Part shown: positions 57,257 to 64,000 of the stretch, one piece after another
How the letters are laid out: each line of letters begins with the position of its first letter
Position numbering within the stretch: the first letter of the stretch is position 1
The notes under the pieces: model-generated
The model's database searches: none
What the model was told of the DNA's origin: nothing
The model's input: the letters and a program-made list of their open reading frames with translations, nothing else
Position numbers and translations under genes: made by a program
Source of the DNA: Candidatus Anderseniibacteriota bacterium
GTDB taxonomy: Bacteria > Patescibacteriota > JAUYIX01
Assembly (NCBI GenBank): GCA_046350855.1
Contig: JAXLZM010000001.1
Location: 153,420 to 217,419, forward strand
Length of the DNA stretch: 64,000 bases
Reading direction: 5' to 3'

Positions 57257-58291
57257 TTACCAGTTGAGGGTGCCGCCGACCTGGTACTCGGTCACGCGGG
57301 TTTCAAAAAAGTTCTTTTCTTTGTTGAGGTCGATTGCCTCGGACATCCAAGGAAACGGATTGGGCGTGTGGTACTGCTCGGGCAACCCTACCCGTGCAAG
57401 GCGACGGTCGGCGATATGCTCGATGTAGCGCTTAAAGCCATCCGCGTTGAGGCCAAAAATCCCCTTTGGAAAGACTTCTTGCGCAAAGGTGTACTCCAGT
57501 TTGACGCCTTTTTTGACCAACTCGATGATGCGGGCCTGGAACTCCGGCGTCCAGAGCTCGGGCTGCTCTTGCTTAATCGTGTTAATCATCTCGATCCCCA
57601 TGTTGAGGTGCATGGACTCGTCACGCATGATGTACTGGATTTGTTCGGCCGAACCTTTCATCTTGTTCTGCCGTTGAAACCCGTAGATCACCGCAAACGA
57701 GCTGTAGAAGAAAATCCCCTCCATGATGAGCGAGAAGACGCACATGTTCTCCAGGAATTTTTGTGCGCCGGCAAAGGAGTGGGTGTTAAAGTTGGGATTA
57801 AAGATCCCCTCGTTGAGGCTCAGGATGAACTCGTCTTTGTTGTAGATAGCATCCACCTCGCGGTACATGTTAAAGATCTTGGCCTCATCGAGACCAAGGC
57901 TCTCCACGATGTACTGGTAGGCGTGGGTGTGGATAGCCTCCTCATAGGCTTGGCGCAGGAGGTACATGCGCACCTCGGGCGAACTAATGTGCCGATAAAA
58001 GGCGAGGGCCACGTTGTTAGCGGCCAGCGAGTCTGCCGTGGTAAAGAACCCCATCACGGTCTCAAAGGCTTTGCGCTCGTCCGGGGTCAAAAAGTCCATG
58101 GACTTCCACTGCTCGATGTCTTGCTGCATCGAGATCTCGGTCGGCAACCAGTGGTTTGCGTTGGCGGCATTGTAGGCCTCCCAGGCAAACTTGTGCTTCA
58201 TGGGATAGAGCTGGATAACGTCCGCGTCGGCTCCGTTAATAATCCTCCTTTTATTGATATCAACTTTACGAGCGGTCCTGGTGATCGGCAT
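57257..58291 (-). CDS. nrdB: Ribonucleotide reductase class Ia beta subunit
   Basis: FFTTADS, EEAIHTHAY, MEGIFFYSSF, RDESMH, EKNFFETRVTEY. Confidence 0.97.
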   Translation of the reverse strand: MPITRTARKVDINKRRIINGADADVIQLYPMKHKFAWEAYNAANANHWLPTEISMQQDIEQWKSMDFLTPDERKAFETVMGFFTTADSLAANNVALAFYRHISSPEVRMYLLRQAYEEAIHTHAYQYIVESLGLDEAKIFNMYREVDAIYNKDEFILSLNEGIFNPNFNTHSFAGAQKFLENMCVFSLIMEGIFFYSSFAVIYGFQRQNKMKGSAEQIQYIMRDESMHLNMGIEMINTIKQEQPELWTPEFQARIIELVKKGVKLEYTFAQEVFPKGIFGLNADGFKRYIEHIADRRLARVGLPEQYHTPNPFPWMSEAIDLNKEKNFFETRVTEYQVGGTLNW

Positions 58292-58318
58292 GGTGAGGAT
58301 ACTTAATTGCGGTAAGTG

Positions 58319-61306
58319 CTACTGACAAGCTTCGCAGTCGGGATCGTTAATTTTACAAAGCTTAGCTTGTGGAACCTGTGCGGCCGCCTCGGCCTTGGCC
58401 AAGCGATTAGCGGCGCTAGTGGGGTTGGGTGCGGCAAAGGCCGGGGCACCGGCATGCGCGGCACCTGGGCCATCGCTGACCGAGTTTGCCCCTCTAAAGG
58501 CCGAACCAACCGCAGGGGTACCCGCAAAGATTGGTGCTTGAGCGGGCCTACTCGGGAGACGATCAGGGACCGTAAGTGTGGGACGATGAGCGGGTTCAAC
58601 TGGTTTAGCGTTTTCGCGCTTGTGGGTCGAGCCAAAGGTCGAGGCGTTGACGGTGGATTTTTCAACCTGGGAGGCCGCCATGGTGCGCAGGTAGTAGGTG
58701 GTTTTGAGTCCAAGCGACCAACCGTACTGGTAGAACTCTGACAGATCGCGACCGGAGCTGCCGTGGAAAAAGATGTTGAGCGACTGGCTCTGATCGATCC
58801 ACTTGCCCCGGCGCGCGGCGGCTAACATCAGCCAACGGGTGCTGATCTCAAAGACTTCTTTGTATTTGTCACGTAGTTCAGCCGGGATCTCTTGAATTTG
58901 CTGGACGCTGCCATCGTTGTACTTGATCTTGCCGAGCATCTCGTAATCCCAGAGGCCCAGTTTTTTGAGGTCCTCGACCAGGTACGGGTTAACCACGGTA
59001 AAGTCACCGGCTTGGTTAGCCTTAACGTAAATATTTTTGTAGATCGGCTCGATGGAGGGGTAGCTGCCGGCAATGTTAGAGATAGTTGCGGTCGGTGCAA
59101 TCGCCAAGCAGTTAGAGTTGCGCATGCCGTACTGCTTGACCGCCTCGCGCACGGGTGCCCAGTCGAGCTGTCCGCCCCGCGGAATATCGATGCGCTCGCC
59201 TCGCTCTTGCTCGAGAAGGTCGAGGGTATCTTGTGGAAACAGGCCACGATCCCATTTAGAACCTCGGTAGCTTTGGTAAGCACCTTTTTCGCGGGCCAAA
59301 TGGGCTGAGGCCAAAATCGCGTAGTATGAGACGACTTCTTGGGCGCGGTCGCTAAACTCGACCCCGGCCTCGGTATCAAAGTTGATGTTGAGCTGGTAGA
59401 GCGCGTCTTGCAGGCCCATTACCCCCAGACCGACTGGGCGGTGGCGCATGTTGGAGGTCTTAGCCTCGATGGTTGGGTAAAAGTTGACGTCGATCACATT
59501 ATCGAGGCAACGCAGTGCGGTCGTGACGGTGTCTGCTATGAGCGCCTCGTCCAATTTACCGTTGACCACGTGCTTGGCGTAGTTGACCGAACCCAAGTTA
59601 CATACGGCGGTCTCCTCTGCTGAGGTGTTGAGCGTAATCTCGGTGCAGAGGTTGGAGTTGTGCACCACTCCGACGTGGTCCTGCGGTGATCGTACGTTAG
59701 AAGGATCCTTAAAGGTGATCCAGGGGTGGCCCGTCTCAAAGAGCATGTTGATCATCTTTTTCCAGAGGTCGCGCGCCTTCATGGTCTTGTAGAGTTGGAT
59801 TTTGCCCTCTTTGACCATGGTCTCGTAGCGCTCATAGGCCTGGTCAAATTTTTTACCGTAGGTGTGGTGGAGCTCAGGCGTCTCGTCGGGAGAGAACAAC
59901 GTCCAGCTACCGTCATCGCGGACACGCTTCATAAAGAGATCCGGGATCCAGTTAGCCGTGTTGAGGTCATGCGTGCGGCGCCGCTCATCGCCAGTGTTCT
60001 TGCGGAGCTCTAAAAAGGACTCAATATCGTAGTGCCAGGTCTCGAGGTAGACACAGGCCGCACCGCGGCGCCGCCCGCTGCGATTGATCGCATGGGTCGC
60101 GTCGTTAGAGATCTTCAAAAAGGGAATCACGCCCTGGCTCTCAACCCCCGTGGCCTTAATAAAGGCACCTGTACCACGAATATTAGTCCAGTCCGTCCCG
60201 ATCCCACCCGACCATTTAGAGAGCTGCGCATTGTCGCTGTACACCTTAAAGATGTCTTTGAGCGAGTCTTGCACGGTGTTGAGGTAGCAACTTGAGAGCT
60301 GCGGGTGAGGGGTCCCAGCATGGAACAGTGTCGGCGTGGACGGTACAAAACGCAGCGTCGAGATGGCGTTGTAAAACTCGACCGCACGTTGCAAGGGCTG
60401 TTTTTCTGGTAAGGCCAAGCCCATGGCCACGCGCATCCACAAAAATTGCGGGGTCTCCAAACATTCCTTGGTGTCGTGGTCACGCACAACATAGCGATCG
60501 TTGAGGGTCTGGGTGCCGAGATACCGTAGCAGTTCGTCCCGCTCAGGCTTGATGTGGTTGACCAGCGACTCTAGATCGTACTCAAGCAAGCGCTCGTCCA
60601 GCCGCCCGATGGCAACCCCACGCTGGATGCTCCGCACAAAGGCCTCACGCAGCTGCTGGTCTAGTTTTTTAAAGTTAATCTGGTCGCGGCCGATGACGTC
60701 TTTATACATCTCGGCCAGGAGTAAGCGACTCGCTACGATCGAGTAGGCCGGATCACGCTCGATCATAGAGCGGGTCACCATTACCAACGAGCGCGCAATA
60801 TCTTTGGAGCTGATCCCGTCATAAATCTCGGCCTGAACCTGTACCGCGATCTCGTGAGCGTTGACGACTTTTTCGAGGCCAGCGATAGCGTAGCTGAGTG
60901 TTTTTTCGAGCTTCTCGATTTTAAAACCCTGCTTACGACCAGAGCGCTTGGTGACCGCTAGTTGGCCTTCTTCGAGCTTTTCGAGGGCCTCGAGCTTCTT
61001 TTCCTCACGCTGTTTGGCGTGTTGATAACGATAGATAATGTAGGATTTGGCAACATCAAAAAAGCCGCGCTGCATGATCCCCTTTTCGACCAGGTCCTGC
61101 ACGTTTTCGACCGAGGGCGCGCCCTCCCGGTTGAGGTACACCGCCTCGAGCTCGCGGACCACTTGGTCGGCCACGGCCAGGGCGTCGTTCTCGTGCTCAT
61201 TACCCGTCACCGCCAAAAAGGCTTTTTTAATCGCAATGACAATTTTAGCCTGGTCAAAATCAACCAGTTCACCATTACGCTTTTTAATTTTTTGGAGGTT
61301 AGACAT
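58319..61306 (-). CDS. nrdA: Ribonucleotide reductase class Ia alpha subunit with two ATP cones
   Basis: KKRNG and TKRSG cones, LSSCYL, SNLCTEI, VCNLGS, KTTYY, C-terminal CEACQ. Confidence 0.97.
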   Translation of the reverse strand: MSNLQKIKKRNGELVDFDQAKIVIAIKKAFLAVTGNEHENDALAVADQVVRELEAVYLNREGAPSVENVQDLVEKGIMQRGFFDVAKSYIIYRYQHAKQREEKKLEALEKLEEGQLAVTKRSGRKQGFKIEKLEKTLSYAIAGLEKVVNAHEIAVQVQAEIYDGISSKDIARSLVMVTRSMIERDPAYSIVASRLLLAEMYKDVIGRDQINFKKLDQQLREAFVRSIQRGVAIGRLDERLLEYDLESLVNHIKPERDELLRYLGTQTLNDRYVVRDHDTKECLETPQFLWMRVAMGLALPEKQPLQRAVEFYNAISTLRFVPSTPTLFHAGTPHPQLSSCYLNTVQDSLKDIFKVYSDNAQLSKWSGGIGTDWTNIRGTGAFIKATGVESQGVIPFLKISNDATHAINRSGRRRGAACVYLETWHYDIESFLELRKNTGDERRRTHDLNTANWIPDLFMKRVRDDGSWTLFSPDETPELHHTYGKKFDQAYERYETMVKEGKIQLYKTMKARDLWKKMINMLFETGHPWITFKDPSNVRSPQDHVGVVHNSNLCTEITLNTSAEETAVCNLGSVNYAKHVVNGKLDEALIADTVTTALRCLDNVIDVNFYPTIEAKTSNMRHRPVGLGVMGLQDALYQLNINFDTEAGVEFSDRAQEVVSYYAILASAHLAREKGAYQSYRGSKWDRGLFPQDTLDLLEQERGERIDIPRGGQLDWAPVREAVKQYGMRNSNCLAIAPTATISNIAGSYPSIEPIYKNIYVKANQAGDFTVVNPYLVEDLKKLGLWDYEMLGKIKYNDGSVQQIQEIPAELRDKYKEVFEISTRWLMLAAARRGKWIDQSQSLNIFFHGSSGRDLSEFYQYGWSLGLKTTYYLRTMAASQVEKSTVNASTFGSTHKRENAKPVEPAHRPTLTVPDRLPSRPAQAPIFAGTPAVGSAFRGANSVSDGPGAAHAGAPAFAAPNPTSAANRLAKAEAAAQVPQAKLCKINDPDCEACQ

Positions 61307-61470
61307 GGGAAGTTATCTAAATGGACTAAAGTGGCGCGTTGTGAGGGGCCGTTAGCAAACCTACGCACAAAACTGTGAGTGCGCGGTTGTAAAGCTTTGT
61401 TGGGTTCCGTCCCTGAGGTGCTGGGCCCTGATCCTGCACCGAGCTCTGGTTTGTAAAACGGTCTACGAGG

Positions 61471-61527
61471 ATTGTACCAGAAGTTGCTCCGATGCAAGTG
61501 GATTTTTTTCTCAACAGCTGTGCACAA
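61471..61527 (-). promoter_or_regulatory. nrdAB promoter with two possible degenerate DnaA boxes upstream
   Basis: TGnTACAAT extended -10 at 61479-61471; TTCTCAACA-GC-TGTGCACAA at 61508-61527. Confidence 0.45.
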
Positions 61528-61745
61528 ATGCCGGGTGAACCGACGGGTGGCGACTACTGGCGGCGGGCTGGTTCTAAATGGGAGCGGACACTCCGTAACT
61601 CCTGGTCCTCACCGCATACAATGACGGCAATTCCAAATGCGGTTGTGGAGGAGTTCTTTGCGCCCGCTCCCATCAGCGAGCCCGCCGCTATAAGTTGTCC
61701 GTTGGTTCGTCCAGCGCGTGCGCATGCGTGATAAAGTAACCCAAC

Positions 61746-63592
61746 ATGAAGCTCATCTGGCACTACCTTAAGCAATACAAATGGATGGTCTTTGGTGGGC
61801 TGGTGTTGGGCGCGGTCAGCGACGCTCTCTACCTGGCAGATCCGCAGATTTTTTAGGATCCTGGTCGATAAATACGCCCGACACATCGATACGCTCACGC
61901 GCCATGAATTTTAATGGGCATTATCGGTCTCTCAGCCATCGGTATCGGTGTGGCTCTGGTCGCACGCATCACTCAAAACATTCAGGAGTACTACGTCAGT
62001 GTGGTGACGCAGCGCGTGAGCAGCGCCATGTACGCCAAGGGTATCTCGCACGCGCTCGCCATCCCCTACAGCGTGCATGAGGACCGCAGCTCGGGTTCAC
62101 TCTTGGGGTTACTTCAAAAAGCCCGCACGGACGTCCAGGCCTTTGTCACAGGTGGTGAACATCCTGTTCTCGGCCACGGTCAACATCACCTTTGTGATCG
62201 CCTACGCCTACACGCGCAGCGCCCTGCTCGGCACGATCTACCTGCTCATCATCCCGACCATCGGGACGATTACCTTTATCATCAATCGCCGGATCAAAGC
62301 CTCGCAGGCCGCCATCGTGCGGCAGCTCAGCGAGCTCGCGGGCTCCACCACCGAGACCCTCCGCAACGTCGAACTCGCCTTGAAGAGCCTCGGCCTCGAA
62401 GAACAGAGATGGACCGCCTCAACCACGACAACAACGCCATCCTCGACCTTGAGATCAAAAAGGCCCGCTTGATCCGCACACTCAGTTTTTCCAGGGCACG
62501 ATCCTCAACACCATCCGCGCCTCCCTCGTCCTCCTGATGCTCTGGCTGGTCTACGTGCTTTTAGCCTTACCGTCGGCGAGCTCTTTTAGCTTTTTTGCCT
62601 ACACCTTTTATATCTTTGGCCCGCTCTCGCAGCTCAATCCCGTCTTTAGTCAATACCAGCAAGCTAAGGCCAGCGCAGATGAGGTGGGTAAATTGCTCAA
62701 AATTCCGGCAGAACCGAAACCGACGCAAGCCCACCACCTCGAGCGCGTTAAAGAGATCATTTTTGACCGGGTGAACTTTACCTACCGCTCCGGCAGCCAG
62801 CCCGCCGTAAAGAACATTTCACTCTCGGTCAAAGCGGGCGAGACCATCGCCTTTGTCGGGCCGTCGGGTTCTGGCAAAAGTACCCTGATCAAATTGCTGG
62901 TGCGGTTGTATCAACCCAAGGGCGGCAAGATCTTGGTCAACGGAGTTTCTGCGGACCAACTCGATGTGGATGACTTTAAAGGGGAGATTGGCCTGGTGAC
63001 CCAAGAGACGCAGCTCTTTGCCGGCACGATCCGCGACAACTTACGCTTTGTAAACCTCAAAGCGACCCAAAAGCAAATGCATGCGGCGCTACGGCAGGCC
63101 CCTCCCTCCTCGATCTCTTAGAGCGGGGCGACAAGGAGACTCGATACTAAAATCGGCGAGGGCGGGCTCAAACTCTCTGGCGGAGAACGCCAGCGTCTGT
63201 CGATCGCGCGTGCGCTGTTACGCAATCCATCCCTGCTGATTTTTGACGAAGCTACCAGCAGCCTCGACTCCATCACCGAGCACGCCATCACGCGCACCAT
63301 CCGGGAGCTCGAAACCAGCAAGCAAGGCGGTATGGGCGACGTGATTACGATCCTTGTCGCGCATCGCCTCTCGACCATCGCGCATGCCCAACGCATTTAC
63401 GTGTTAGAGCGCGGTGCAATTATTGAGTCTGGCTCACACCAGGACCTTCTCAAAAAAGCCGGCCTCTATGCCGCCCTCTGGCGCGAGCAAGCAGGCCTCG
63501 GTAGACGTGGGCTCCAAAGCTTAAGCAGGCGGTTCAGCCCTTGTGGACAAACCCTTTACAAGCCCCAGATCGGCGTATACTTAGAGCTGTGA
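61746..63592 (+). CDS. ABC exporter (TMD + NBD), split by many frameshifts
   Basis: GPSGSGKST, VTQE, LSGGERQR, FDEATSSLD and VAHRLST across shifted frames. Confidence 0.85.
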
Positions 63593-63899
63593 GAGTAAAG
63601 GTGGATCTTTAAAAGGACTAGCTCAGGCGTTCTTGCAAAGATCGTCCAATCGGACCGGGATTCTTCTTTAAGCCGGCAACAGTTTAGGAATCCGAACACT
63701 TCCTGCCTGACAAGCATGGATTTTACCCCGCGCCCCGAGCCACGCTCGCTCTCACCCCATTTGTCCTCTTGTCGTCCGGGTCTGTCAGTCATACTTCCTT
63801 CCAAACACACTCTCTGCCCAAGGGAAGAACATCACAGGCCAGCTCGTGCTCTCACGACTGGCCTCTGTTTTTTATTGGCCCTCCTTAATTTTTTCTATT

Positions 63900-63944
63900 A
63901 AAAAAGTGACGGAGACCCAGGTTTAACCGAGTCTCCGCAAAAAA
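63900..63944 (-). terminator. Intrinsic terminator of a minus-strand gene ending at about 63949
   Basis: CGGAGAC...GTCTCCG hairpin with an A-run on the plus strand. Confidence 0.6.
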
Positions 63945-63948
63945 CTAC

Positions 63949-64000
63949 TTACGCGAACACTTCGTAATCCGCGTGCGTTAGGCTTTTTTGTTTTTGTAGG
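63949..64000 (-). CDS. 3' end of a CDS entering from beyond the window (...QKSLTHADYEVFA*)
   Basis: Open frame ending in TAA just before the terminator. Confidence 0.35.
   Translation of the reverse strand, partial: LQKQKSLTHADYEVFA

Noticed and set aside
57224-58306. 360-aa antisense ORF over nrdB and similar shadow ORFs
   Set aside because: Codon-bias shadows of real genes on the opposite strand, with no motifs.
61395-61420. SRP RNA-like TCAGG...GGAA motif on the minus strand
   Set aside because: The GGAA is not closed as a tetraloop and the AGCAG partner is missing.
61746-63592. ABC transporter as a pseudogene
   Set aside because: Dense indels near the window end with intact Walker and signature motifs fit low-coverage assembly errors.
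63556-63890. Possible minus-strand small ORF (MTDRPGRQ...) with an upstream hairpin
   Set aside because: No promoter, terminator or protein-like signal strong enough, and the region appears error-prone.
1-64000. CRISPR array, rRNA, transposase, prophage
   Set aside because: No regularly spaced repeats, rRNA signatures, transposase/integrase or phage structural genes were recognised.

Overview
Bacterial chromosomal window, most likely Patescibacteria/CPR (inferred from gene content, compact housekeeping genes with little or no 5' leader, and CPR-style surface proteins; genetic code 11). The backbone is lepB, LCP, pth, mfd, dprA, topA, rel, parAB, glyA, six complete aminoacyl-tRNA synthetases plus a partial hisS-like gene, tatD, rsmI, msrA, recO, smpB/tmRNA, class Ia nrdAB, an ABC transporter, tRNA-Leu(CAA) and tRNA-Tyr(GTA). 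Five observations stand out. (1) About ten self-contained cassettes (sigma70 promoter, strong Shine-Dalgarno, mostly unrecognisable ORF, intrinsic terminator) sit between housekeeping genes that mostly lack an SD. (2) A free-standing LAGLIDADG endonuclease ORF reads into tRNA-Tyr and stops on the anticodon. (3) A tmRNA-adjacent locus encodes a GNAT-(GNAT)-ASCH fusion converging on a solo ASCH protein, a candidate acetylation writer/eraser system. (4) A pre-tmRNA leader hairpin can sequester the tmRNA 5' acceptor strand. (5) Several enzymes have altered active-site motifs (TyrRS Q->T, an APH-like kinase with HGHLxxxD). Frameshifts in mfd and the ABC transporter look like long-read assembly errors. 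All calls come from reading the sequence; no database searches were run.
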